61,356 nt of DNA from Nitrospinales bacterium (lineage in GTDB: Bacteria; Nitrospinota; Nitrospinia; Nitrospinales; VA-1), in NCBI GenBank assembly GCA_022450865.1, contig JAKUOQ010000003.1, positions 1-61,356 of the forward strand. Reading direction: 5' to 3'. A program made the translations under genes and the position numbers. Below, piece after piece: positions 40,592 to 49,450 of this stretch. The notes beneath the pieces are model-generated. The model was not told the DNA's origin and made no database searches. It worked only from the letters and a program-made list of their open reading frames with translations. The number at the start of each line of letters is the position of its first letter. The first letter of the stretch is position 1.

Positions 40592-42051
40592 GTCAACTTT
40601 TCCATCAGCGCTTGGCGCATAGCGTCAATGGGAGCCACTTTCCCAGTCCACAATTCGAACTGTTGCGCCGCCTGATTGATAAATAACTCACTTCCAGAGA
40701 TAACGGTGCATCCTGCTGCTTTGGCCTCACGCAATAGTCTTGTCTCTAGTGGATTATAAACCGAGTCAAATACAACCATTCCCTCTTTAAAGTCTCTGGC
40801 TAGAAAAGGCGTTTCATTTATATTGGGATTCATTCCAACTGGCGAACAATTGATAAGAATGTCTATGGACCGAGTGCCCGCGTCTCTGCAATGAACAAGT
40901 TTGCAGCCTAACTCCTGAGCTAAGGTTTCGCCTCTTTCTTTATTACGATTATAAGTGACCGTCAACCTTGCGTCTTTTTCTTTTACTCCATAGCCTATGG
41001 CCTTTGCTGTACCGCCTGATCCAATAATCAAAACATTTTTATCTTTCAAAGAAGTGTATGTTTCAAGGGCCGCTATAGCACCCGAACAATCTGTATTATA
41101 ACCTACCCATCTTCCTTCTTCCTGAACAACGGTATTGACAGCCCCAATACTTCGCGCTGTGCTGTCAACGTTATCTAATAACGGCATAATTTTTTCTTTT
41201 GCCGGCATGGTCACGCTCAGCCCTGAAAAGAAATCTTTGAACGTAATAAAAAAATTTTCTACATTTTCCACTAGAAATGATACATAAATATCATCTGAAT
41301 TGATTTCACGAAAAGCACGATTATGAATCAGGTAACCCATACTTTTAGAAACTGGGTTGCCAATGACCCCATAAACCTTGAAGTTTTTGCGCTTATTATT
41401 AACTCGGTAAATTTCCTTGAGAACATTTGCTGGTATTTGTCCAGGCGCGCTTTCCTGTCCGGTTTCCAGACTACCAAAAGTGAGAAACCCTCCATACAGA
41501 GGAGAAAGCACTCGGCTAATCTCTCCCATATCTCCCATACAAAGTCCTATCAATTTTTTATTTTCCTTTTTGGCACGTTCAAGAAGTTGGAGCATCTTTA
41601 GGTTGTCGCCAAGATCGCGGGCATAGGTAACAATTTTTAAAATCTCTCCAGGTAAAGCACTCATAGTGTCGTAAAGTGGGTTTAAATCATCGGGAGTATT
41701 AGAAAATTCGTGATACGAAAGAATGATACGTGAAGTCTCATAACCCTCTAAGAAAGGTTGCAAGTATTCACGTGGAGTAGAAACTTCGATGTCTACATAA
41801 TTGGCCCCTGCCGCAAGAGCATCGCGTAATGCTTGTAAACGTTCTTCATCGTTGCCCTTAAACTGCCCCCCATCCAATTTACTCCGGTTAGTGACAATTA
41901 CGGGTTTAGTGGCTGCTTTTAGTAGAACTTTAAGATTAAAGGAATCAATCAAATCAAGGCGCAACTCAAGAATATCAGCAACCTTTTCAGCTGCTGCAAT
42001 TTGATCCAATGCTTTGGGCATGGAGGCACCGACAATGGGGATACAAATCAT
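40588..42051 (-). CDS. bifunctional type I 3-dehydroquinate dehydratase / shikimate 5-dehydrogenase
   Basis: The N-terminal half is DHQase-I-like (ICIPIVG..., ILELRLD). The C-terminal half is AroE-like (SMGYLIHN, YNTDCSG, GSGGTAKA). Confidence 0.85.
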   Translation of the reverse strand: MICIPIVGASMPKALDQIAAAEKVADILELRLDLIDSFNLKVLLKAATKPVIVTNRSKLDGGQFKGNDEERLQALRDALAAGANYVDIEVSTPREYLQPFLEGYETSRIILSYHEFSNTPDDLNPLYDTMSALPGEILKIVTYARDLGDNLKMLQLLERAKKENKKLIGLCMGDMGEISRVLSPLYGGFLTFGSLETGQESAPGQIPANVLKEIYRVNNKRKNFKVYGVIGNPVSKSMGYLIHNRAFREINSDDIYVSFLVENVENFFITFKDFFSGLSVTMPAKEKIMPLLDNVDSTARSIGAVNTVVQEEGRWVGYNTDCSGAIAALETYTSLKDKNVLIIGSGGTAKAIGYGVKEKDARLTVTYNRNKERGETLAQELGCKLVHCRDAGTRSIDILINCSPVGMNPNINETPFLARDFKEGMVVFDSVYNPLETRLLREAKAAGCTVISGSELFINQAAQQFELWTGKVAPIDAMRQALMEKLT

Positions 42052-42153
42052 AAGGAATCTATATTGAAAAAAATTTATCTGGAAAGAATATTAGCAGACC
42101 CAAGGCACAATCAAAACGAAAACTGGCATATGAAATAAAAAGAAAGCAGAACT

Positions 42154-44298
42154 TTAGGCATAGGTTCTCCTCCATCGATTGATTCTCTCTCCCCAAGCTA
42201 AAGCTTTTTTAGTAACATTATTTTTTTTCCAGTTCCCTGCAGCAAATTTATTTGCTTCAGCCAGGGTAGGATAAATATGGATTGTGCTTAGAATTTTATT
42301 CATACCAAATCCATTTTTCATAGCGGCTACATATTCTGAAATAATATCTCCTGCGTGTAATCCAGCAATGGTTACACCAATTATTTTATCCCTTCCCGGC
42401 ACTGTCAATACCTTAACGATCCCATGCGCAGCTTCATCAGTAATGGCTCGGTCCAGATCATCGATTTTATAAGTGGTGACCTCATAGGGTATACCCTGTT
42501 CTTTGGCCTCAATTTCATTTATACCCGAGCGCGCCACTTCAGGGTCAGTAAAAGTCGACCAAGGTACAGTACTGTAATCGACTTTGAATCTACAAAATGG
42601 GCTTAACATAGAGTTAACAGCGCAATACCAAGCTTGATGAGCAGCTATGTGAGTAAATTGATAGGGCCCGACAACGTCTCCACAGGCATATATATTTGGG
42701 AAATTAGTTTTCATGTATTCATCCACTTTAATCGTTTTCTGTGCAGTTAATTTTACTCCTAGCTCTTGCAATCCAAATCCCATTGTGTTGGCTGTTCTAC
42801 CCAAGGCAATCAGTAATGTATCAAACTCGATTTCAACTCCGTTGCCGTTATTTTCACATTCCAGAAAATTTCTTCCGTTGCGCTTAAAAAATTTTTTTGG
42901 GGTATGCCCTACCAACACCTTAATCCCATCATCTTGAAAACTTTCTAAAACCATTTGCGATATTTCTGGATCTTCTTTGGAAACCAACCGCTCATTACGT
43001 TCGACCTGTGTCACGTTGCTGCCCAGTCGGGAAAATGCCTGGGCGAGCTCAGATCCAATGGGTCCACCCCCTAGAACAAGCAGGTTTTTGGGTTGTTCGC
43101 GAATATTCCAAATGGTATCTGAAGTCAGGTATTCAACATTTTCGATTCCTTCAATGGGGGGAATGGAAGGACGTGCTCCCGTGGCAACAACAATGTTGCG
43201 GGTGGTGAGAGTATTTCCATTAACCATGACCTCATAAGGAGAAATTATTTTTGCCTCCCCCACATAACATTCTACCCCCAGAGATGTATACCGTTCTATA
43301 GAGTCGTGCGGCTCCACGGTTCTAATAACACGTTGTACCCGCTCCATCACATCCGCAAAATCAAACTCGATATGAGCACTTTTAAAGCCTAGCTTCTGAC
43401 ATTTTTTTACATCGGCCATGAATTTAGCAGAACGGATAAGGGCTTTACTGGGAACACATCCGGTATTTAAACAGTCCCCTCCCATTTTATGTTTCTCTAT
43501 CAATGCCACTTTCCCTTTGGTTGCAGCTCCAATGTAACTGGTAACCAATCCTGCCGACCCCGCACCGATTACCACCATGTTGTAAGCAAAAGATTTGGGT
43601 TTTTTAAATTTGCTCATAACTCTTCTTCCTTTATAAAAGCTTAAAAATTTTCTGGCTAGAAAAGGGAAAATCCCTAATAAGATAAAAGAAAAAATTATTT
43701 CTGGAGAAACAATCCCACTTAGAGATTCTAATTGTGCAAGTTGCGTCCCGGCATTTACAAAAACAACAGTCCCTGCCAACATCCCTAATTGGCTGACTCC
43801 ATAAAAAGTAACCGCCTTTATGGGGGTCAAACCCATGACCAAATTAATAACGAAAAATGGAACAGCAGGGATTAAACGGAGTGTAAATAGATAAAAACCT
43901 CCATCTTTTTTAATCCCATCATTGAATGGTTTTAAATAACTTCCAAGTTTGTTTTGTACATAATCACGAAGTAGCAAACGTGACACAAGAAAGGCAAGCG
44001 TTGCCCCAATGGTGCTAGCAAAAGAAACAACAATCGTTCCAACCAGCAATCCAAATAATGCTCCACCCAATAAGGTAAGAAATGCTGCGCCGGGTAGAGA
44101 AAGTCCAGTTGAGACAATATAAACTGCCATGTATAAGCTAATCGCAAACAAAGTGTTTTCTTTATAAAACTCTGAAAAATTAGCTTGCTGTTCTTTTATA
44201 TACTCAAGGGATTGGTATTGACCTAAGTCAAAATAAAAAAATGCCCCCAGACAACCGGCAATAACAAAAAGAATAATAATTTGTTTTAGTTTTTTCAT
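42154..44298 (-). CDS. fusion of a DedA/TVP38-TMEM64 membrane domain with a class I pyridine-nucleotide-disulfide oxidoreductase
   Basis: The N-terminal ~230 aa is polytopic and DedA-like. It is followed by the FAD fold VIGAGSAGL, the redox disulfide GGDCLNTGCVPSK, the NAD fold VLGGGPIGSE, and a dimerisation domain. Confidence 0.85.
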   Translation of the reverse strand: MKKLKQIIILFVIAGCLGAFFYFDLGQYQSLEYIKEQQANFSEFYKENTLFAISLYMAVYIVSTGLSLPGAAFLTLLGGALFGLLVGTIVVSFASTIGATLAFLVSRLLLRDYVQNKLGSYLKPFNDGIKKDGGFYLFTLRLIPAVPFFVINLVMGLTPIKAVTFYGVSQLGMLAGTVVFVNAGTQLAQLESLSGIVSPEIIFSFILLGIFPFLARKFLSFYKGRRVMSKFKKPKSFAYNMVVIGAGSAGLVTSYIGAATKGKVALIEKHKMGGDCLNTGCVPSKALIRSAKFMADVKKCQKLGFKSAHIEFDFADVMERVQRVIRTVEPHDSIERYTSLGVECYVGEAKIISPYEVMVNGNTLTTRNIVVATGARPSIPPIEGIENVEYLTSDTIWNIREQPKNLLVLGGGPIGSELAQAFSRLGSNVTQVERNERLVSKEDPEISQMVLESFQDDGIKVLVGHTPKKFFKRNGRNFLECENNGNGVEIEFDTLLIALGRTANTMGFGLQELGVKLTAQKTIKVDEYMKTNFPNIYACGDVVGPYQFTHIAAHQAWYCAVNSMLSPFCRFKVDYSTVPWSTFTDPEVARSGINEIEAKEQGIPYEVTTYKIDDLDRAITDEAAHGIVKVLTVPGRDKIIGVTIAGLHAGDIISEYVAAMKNGFGMNKILSTIHIYPTLAEANKFAAGNWKKNNVTKKALAWGERINRWRRTYA

Positions 44299-44348
44299 AA
44301 CGTCATCTTATTCCCTTAATTACTATTCTGGAAGACCCCTAGCAATAA

Positions 44349-44585
44349 TTCTACCTTGTTATAGTAGAGAATATTAGAAGGACTGTACTAACATTAAACT
44401 CTGCCCAGTCTCAGGTCGGTGCCACCAGCAATCAACTGGCTAGTGCTTCTAATGGGTTGAACCCTAAAATTGACAGTCTAACCTAGGAGGAATCTGGTCT
44501 GGAGCACCAGCTTAAGGCGGAAGAGGAGGCAACAGCAACAGAGATTCTTAAGATTCCAAGTATTCATCTGCGGTCTGGCATCGCA
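44349..44585 (+). pseudogene. possible relic of a flagellin/hook-associated-protein family gene (C-terminal domain only, in-frame TAG at 44484)
   Basis: In the frame starting at 44349 the DNA reads ...VENIRRTVLTLNSAQSQVGATSNQLASASNGLNPKIDSLT*EESGLEHQLKAEEEATATEILK. This follows the flagellin_C pattern LGA.QNRL.....NL......LT.AES.I.D.D.A.E as I remember it. No N-terminal part exists because a gene starts on the other strand at 44298. Confidence 0.3.
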
Positions 44586-44692
44586 AACCCAGGACGAGCA
44601 ATCCCGGAGATACATCCTCGATTCTTCTATATAGCCCACTGTCCCTGTCCCCTAGAAGGAGCAAAACCTTAAGCTTATAAGAATAAAGAGTC

Positions 44693-44721
44693 TTGACCCC
44701 ATTCCTTTGAAATGCTATTAA
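44693..44721 (+). promoter_or_regulatory. candidate sigma-70 promoter (TTGACC-17 nt-TATTAA)
   Basis: The -35 element TTGACC lies at 44693-44698. A 17-nt spacer separates it from the -10 element TATTAA at 44716-44721. This is about 80 nt upstream of the ATG at 44800. Confidence 0.4.
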
Positions 44722-44799
44722 TTTATTTCCTAATTTTATCTACAACAAGCAGCTTTGTTTTGCTTGTCGTTAGTAACTGTTTCGCTTGGAGAAAGATCC

Positions 44800-45003
44800 A
44801 TGGAAATCAATGAAATCAGAGTAGAAATCAGAAAACATCATGTGACACCGGGGATCAATGTTTTGGACCTTATAATTGATGCCGATGGAGAGAAGATCAT
44901 TAAACAAACCCAGCATAAAGATACCGATCATGCTTTCCAAAAATTTGTGAAAGACATTACCAAAGTCGGCCAGGAACTCGCTAACGCCCGTATCGAAGGC
45001 TAA
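44800..45003 (+). CDS. small hypothetical protein (67 aa)
   Basis: The ATG at 44800 is preceded by GGAGA at 44788-44792. The sequence is MEINEIRVEIRKHHVTPGINVLDLIIDADGEKIIKQTQHKDTDHAFQKFVKDITKVGQELANARIEG. The track ORF starts upstream at a TTG at 44755. Confidence 0.5.
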   Translation: MEINEIRVEIRKHHVTPGINVLDLIIDADGEKIIKQTQHKDTDHAFQKFVKDITKVGQELANARIEG

Positions 45004-45012
45004 CTCTTTAGT

Positions 45013-45041
45013 ATGTGGGACGCAGTATAATACTCCCACAT
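45013..45041 (+). terminator. hairpin directly after the small ORF stop (weak terminator candidate)
   Basis: An 8-bp stem ATGTGGGA/TCCCACAT with a 13-nt loop starts 10 nt after the TAA. It is followed by only a weak T-rich tail. Confidence 0.3.
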
Positions 45042-45234
45042 TAAACTTCTTTATGCCTCGAAGAGATAAGTTTGTTGACACCCATAAGACAAGCCGTATC
45101 ATCAAGCCTTTAGCTGTAGTTTCGGAATCTTTTCTGTCTCTCCAGAAATCGACTTCTACTATATTATCACCGAGCATCCCAAATATTATTAATCTTTTCC
45201 GCAGGCTGTTTTGCCGGTCCGGGCCTTATGATGC

Positions 45235-45263
45235 AAAAAAGGATGCTTTTTAAACAAGCATCC
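45235..45263 (-). terminator. rho-independent terminator of the sigma-54 activator gene
   Basis: The minus strand reads GGATGCTT-GTTTAAA-AAGCATCC-TTTTTT, an 8-bp stem plus a T6 tract. It lies 55 nt downstream of the stop at 45318. Confidence 0.7.
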
Positions 45264-45317
45264 CATCCTAAACCTTAAGTTAGTTATATCAGCTAAAAAA
45301 AGTGCCCGACCAAAGAC

Positions 45318-46367
45318 CTACCGTGCAGGGGTTACGATTTTCATTTTTTTTAGTTTTTCCACGAGGGTGGTGCGGTTGAGGCCTAACAGGTTTGCGGCTT
45401 TGTTTTTCACCCAACCTGTTTTTTCCAATGCTTCGAGTAATAATTCTTTTTCGAACTCTTCAACCATTTTTTTAAGGTTGATGCCTTCTTCTGGGATTCC
45501 CACATGAAAAGATTGTCTTAGGGATTGCTGCAAAATCTGCGCAGGATTACCTTCCTCATCTTCTTCCAAAGGTTGCCATTTTTCTTTAGGTGTATCACCG
45601 AGCACTTTTTCTGGAAGATCACGCGGGGTAATAGTTGAACCAATGCTCAACACCACCATACGTTCTATAAAATTTGCCAATTCACGGATATTTCCAGGCC
45701 AGGAATAATTCACCAAAAATTGCATCGCTTCATCACTGATGGTTTTGGGTATCGCGGTTCTATTGAACTGTTTTAAGAAATGGTCCGCTAAAAGGGGGAT
45801 ATCTGTTTTTCTTTCACGCAGAGGGGGAAGGTTGATTGGAATAATATTGAGTCGATAAAAAAGATCTTCACGAAAGCTACCTTCTTTAACGGACTCTTCT
45901 AGGTTTCTATGGGTAGCGGTAATTACGCGTATGTCGATGGGGGTTGGTTTCGTACTGCCAATACGATCGATTTCTCTTTCCGCCAGAACCCGCAAAAGCT
46001 TTACCTGCAAGGAAGTCGGCATATCGCCTATTTCATCAAAAAAAATAGTCCCTTGATTCGCTAATTCCATTCGGCCAATACGCGTGTTGACCGCTCCGGT
46101 GAACGAACCCTTTTCGTAACCAAATAACTCGCCTTCAAGAAGCTCGTGAGGAATGGCACCGCAGTTAACAGCAATGAAAGGTTTAGAAGCGCGCGGACTG
46201 TTCATATGTAAGGCTCGAGCGATGAGTTCTTTTCCCGTGCCACTCTCACCGTAAATCATGATGGTACTTTGGGACCCGGCAGCACGTGCAACAACGTCAA
46301 AAACATCACGGATAGGCTTACTTTCGCCGATAATGCTCAAACTTTCTAATTCAAGGTTTGTCTCCAT
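45318..46367 (-). CDS. sigma-54-dependent transcriptional activator (bEBP) lacking an N-terminal sensory/receiver domain (PspF-like architecture)
   Basis: The AAA+ core starts about 15 aa from the N-terminus. It has Walker A GESGTGKE, the sigma-54 contact loop EKGSFTGA (a GAFTGA variant), Walker B FFDEIG, and a C-terminal Fis-type [21 protein letters not shown]. The ATG is at 46367; the track TTG is at 46373. Confidence 0.9.
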   Translation of the reverse strand: METNLELESLSIIGESKPIRDVFDVVARAAGSQSTIMIYGESGTGKELIARALHMNSPRASKPFIAVNCGAIPHELLEGELFGYEKGSFTGAVNTRIGRMELANQGTIFFDEIGDMPTSLQVKLLRVLAEREIDRIGSTKPTPIDIRVITATHRNLEESVKEGSFREDLFYRLNIIPINLPPLRERKTDIPLLADHFLKQFNRTAIPKTISDEAMQFLVNYSWPGNIRELANFIERMVVLSIGSTITPRDLPEKVLGDTPKEKWQPLEEDEEGNPAQILQQSLRQSFHVGIPEEGINLKKMVEEFEKELLLEALEKTGWVKNKAANLLGLNRTTLVEKLKKMKIVTPAR

Positions 46368-47076
46368 GGTCAAAAAATATTATATCCACAGAATCAAATT
46401 TGTCAAATAAAACAAATATTTATATATACTCCAGGTCTCTTCAAAAACGTCAAAATTCTAGCGTAGATCAAAAATAGGGGTCAAATCAGTTTCACTTTAA
46501 AGCGTAGCAAAAGTTGACGCTCCATATAACCGAAAGTGGATCATTGGAAATTCAAGCTTTGAAAGTTGGCTCAACCTAGCAAGACCATTTTTTAGACAAC
46601 AAGTGTTAATTTTTCTTTTTAAAAGTCTCATAATCAACATTACGTATTTTTTTAAGTTCGGGTTCCCAACCAGATAAATTATCAAGAGCAACTTCTAGGA
46701 GCTGAAAAATAATAGGCTGGCTTCATTATTCTTATTTCGACCAACCTAATAGGTGATTTCACTGTGATTCTTTCCGAAAAATGCTCTAGCAAACAGGATT
46801 ATTTGTGCATAATTAATTTTCTCTTCTTCATGGCATTTTTCACAAAATTTATTTACTGTTATCAAAGATAATCCCAAAATTATAAATCAAGTCAACTTTC
46901 GCAAAGGTTTATTAGGGTTATCCAATACATTATTATAGGATGGACGTTTACATAGTAATCGTATCACTTTTCCTTATTTTTCTAGGAACGTAAGGTCTAG
47001 GTTTTATGAATATCTGAACTTTTCTTTATTCTAAGATCAAGCCTGTATACTTCCAACTTAGCAATCAATTATATTT

Positions 47077-48381
47077 ATGGTCTTAACAAAAAATAAAATT
47101 CAGATCGAAAAATGCATTGTCAGTTTCAGCCACAACAAATATGACTCCCGAAAGTTGGCTGATAATCTCAGTATTACAAAAGCAAAAAGTGAAATAGCAG
47201 CGGGCAGAAATGGTGTCAGCCATCTCATCCTGCGTTCTAAAGATGATGAAATCGATCGTCTAAAATTTTTATTTTTAATTCATGGCATTCCAGTGATGTG
47301 TTATGCCTTAGGGAATTTATTATGTTCAAGTCTTAAGGAAATTGTTGTTGTAGGATCAACTGAAGTTCAGCGTGTGTTAGAACTTTTTTTGAACACAGTT
47401 GACACTCGTGGGAAAACAATACAATTTGTAGGAGAAGATGACCAAAACCTCAACCTTCTTCACACCTTGAGTTTAGGTAGAAATAAGCTTTCAATTGAAG
47501 ATAACGAACTGATTTTATTTCAGCCCGGTGATCTACCTTTTCTATATGACCTTGAAAAAGTTTTGAGTTTTAAGGGCAACAAGAGCCACAACATTATTCT
47601 TTGGTTGAATTCACGTCAAAATATGTTCCCCGAGTTTAATGAAAAACCAGACAGTGAATTTGTTAAAAGAAATTATCATTACCGGATTCTCAATGACCAT
47701 GGAGGTGATTTGCATGAATTAAAGGAACCCAATTTATACCCGATCAACTTTGAGAGGATGGATCCTGTAATTATTGATTACTTACACTCCTCAAGAAAAG
47801 ATGGTCAAATTATTCATGCCGGAATAAAAATGGCTTTGAAAAATCCCGTTCGTTTTTTCAAAGCGTTGCCGTATTTAGTTGACCATGCTTTTACATTTCG
47901 ATCTCATGTGCAAAAAATTTCTCCAGAGGATAAATATCAATTTGGAATGTCGAGAAGAAATTTCCATAAAAGTATTTCAAATCTCCTTAATATACCAATA
48001 ACTACTAACTTGCATGACGATCCATCTTTTGTTTCAGATGTGGATGCTCTGGAAGATTGGGAAGATTTTGAGTCCTTGACTCATTTCGCAAGTAATCAAG
48101 GTAAGGAAGGAGGGCTAGAAAAAATCCACCCTTTTGGAAAAGAATTGATGAAATTTCGAGAAAAAGGTATGCCTTTCTTAAGAAAGAAAATCCCCATGTA
48201 CCGAAATTTTCCCTCCTACCTGAACCATATTTACAAGACCTTGGAAATGGATTACGAACCTTTTGATTCGGGTGGGAATTATGTTTCTCCTAACGCAAAT
48301 TTACCTGAAGTCGAGCAGGCCTATCGCTGGTATAAGCAAAAGTGCAAACTACTGAATTCTACACCAGACGAAGTACCTTAA
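47077..48381 (+). CDS. hypothetical protein; N-terminal region resembles a MobA/CofC-like nucleotidyltransferase fold with a degenerate Gly-rich loop
   Basis: In this 434-aa ORF, HLILRSKDDEIDRLKFLFLIHGIPVMCYALGNLL...EIVVVGS and LFQPGDLPFL follow the order of the NTP_transferase motifs. The LAGGxGxR loop is replaced by LRSKDDE. The C-terminal ~220 aa has no motif I recognise. Confidence 0.5.
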   Translation: MVLTKNKIQIEKCIVSFSHNKYDSRKLADNLSITKAKSEIAAGRNGVSHLILRSKDDEIDRLKFLFLIHGIPVMCYALGNLLCSSLKEIVVVGSTEVQRVLELFLNTVDTRGKTIQFVGEDDQNLNLLHTLSLGRNKLSIEDNELILFQPGDLPFLYDLEKVLSFKGNKSHNIILWLNSRQNMFPEFNEKPDSEFVKRNYHYRILNDHGGDLHELKEPNLYPINFERMDPVIIDYLHSSRKDGQIIHAGIKMALKNPVRFFKALPYLVDHAFTFRSHVQKISPEDKYQFGMSRRNFHKSISNLLNIPITTNLHDDPSFVSDVDALEDWEDFESLTHFASNQGKEGGLEKIHPFGKELMKFREKGMPFLRKKIPMYRNFPSYLNHIYKTLEMDYEPFDSGGNYVSPNANLPEVEQAYRWYKQKCKLLNSTPDEVP

Positions 48382-48475
48382 TAGCCCTTCTCTGGGTTTA
48401 TGAATGGTTTAAAAACTGCGCTATAATATTTAAATGAGGTCAACTTCATAATAGGATATTTTTCAGGTTTTAACT

Positions 48476-49450
48476 TTGCGCAAAAGAAAAATAGATTGGG
48501 CCAAAAATAATCCACTAAATAGAACTCAGCTATCCAGATTTATTTTGCTTTCTTTGGGTATCCATATTTCATTTTTCATTGCCCATATGTTGACACCTGT
48601 TCAAGAGAAAACAGTTAAAGGCCCTCCTCCAATTCAGGTGAAATATTTTGAAACAAAAAACCCGATGGATTCAAAGGTAAAACAAAATATTGATACCCCA
48701 AAACCTCCCGTAAAACCAGAAAAACCAAAAAGGGATGACCTTCTTGCAAAATTTGATCGCAGGTCCCATTCAAACCAAAAAATAACCTCTAAAAAAATTT
48801 ATAGAAGAAAAAAAACTGCCGTTCCCAAACCTAAAAGAGCGATCGGTAAAACCAGGTCAAGTAGAACTCAAACCAAAAATCTTGCCCCTGAAAAATATTT
48901 GCAGAAAAAACCCTACATAAAACCTAGAAAAGAACCGTTGCCTGAGTCAGATGTAGGAACCTTCAAATCTATAACTTCTGATAAGACTCAAAAACCGAAA
49001 TCCTCACCTATGAAAAAGGAAGGTGCAGTTAACACACTGGCTCTTTTAGACGGATTAGATACAGAACAATTTGCTTCTATGGATACAGATTTGTTGGAGG
49101 ATTTCGATGATAATGAACCTGTATCCCTGGATACAAAGGAGGTGAAATATGCTTCCTATTTTGCTCGTATTAAACATCAAATTGAACGAGTCTGGATTTA
49201 TCCTTTGACTGCGGCACAAAAAGGCATCAGCGGTGACCTCTCGTTAACGTTCCGTATTTCTAAAGATGGGAATTTAATGGGAGTGCATTTAGTTGAGCAG
49301 TCTGGGCATGAGATTCTTGATGTTGCGGCGCTCAAAGCAGTTAAAGAGGCCGCTCCGTTCTATCCGTTTCCAAAAAATATCCAACGTGATAAATTAACTA
49401 TTCTCGCAAATTTTGTTTATACACCTCTTTTGACACCGACAAATCGCTGA
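48476..49450 (+). CDS. tonB: energy transducer TonB
   Basis: The N-terminal TM carries the SxxxH motif (LSLGIH). A P/K-rich spacer follows. The TonB_C domain is YFARIKHQIERVWIYP...GDLSLTFRISKDGNLMGVHLVEQSGHEILDVAALKAVKEAAPFYPFP. The start codon is TTG. Confidence 0.75.
   Translation: MRKRKIDWAKNNPLNRTQLSRFILLSLGIHISFFIAHMLTPVQEKTVKGPPPIQVKYFETKNPMDSKVKQNIDTPKPPVKPEKPKRDDLLAKFDRRSHSNQKITSKKIYRRKKTAVPKPKRAIGKTRSSRTQTKNLAPEKYLQKKPYIKPRKEPLPESDVGTFKSITSDKTQKPKSSPMKKEGAVNTLALLDGLDTEQFASMDTDLLEDFDDNEPVSLDTKEVKYASYFARIKHQIERVWIYPLTAAQKGISGDLSLTFRISKDGNLMGVHLVEQSGHEILDVAALKAVKEAAPFYPFPKNIQRDKLTILANFVYTPLLTPTNR

Noticed and set aside
42154-44298. Mercuric reductase (MerA) call for the flavoprotein half of the DedA fusion
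   Set aside because: It has no N-terminal heavy-metal-binding domain, no C-terminal Cys-Cys pair, and no mer operon context.
44770-45177. 135-aa minus-strand ORF, and the 66-aa plus-strand ORF at 45053-45253
   Set aside because: The first is antisense to the better-supported 67-aa gene, which has a promoter, Shine-Dalgarno and hairpin. The second runs through the minus-strand terminator hairpin and has no Shine-Dalgarno.
46566-46581. Sigma-54 promoter-like TTGGCTCAACCTAGCA, plus a second candidate GGattatttgtGC at 46796-46808
   Set aside because: Both have GG-N9-GC spacing instead of the strict N10, and both have poor flanking consensus.
46497-46691. 64-aa minus-strand ORF in the 703-bp spacer
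   Set aside because: It has a TTG start without a Shine-Dalgarno, a Leu/Lys/Ile-rich composition expected from AT-rich non-coding DNA, and no motif.
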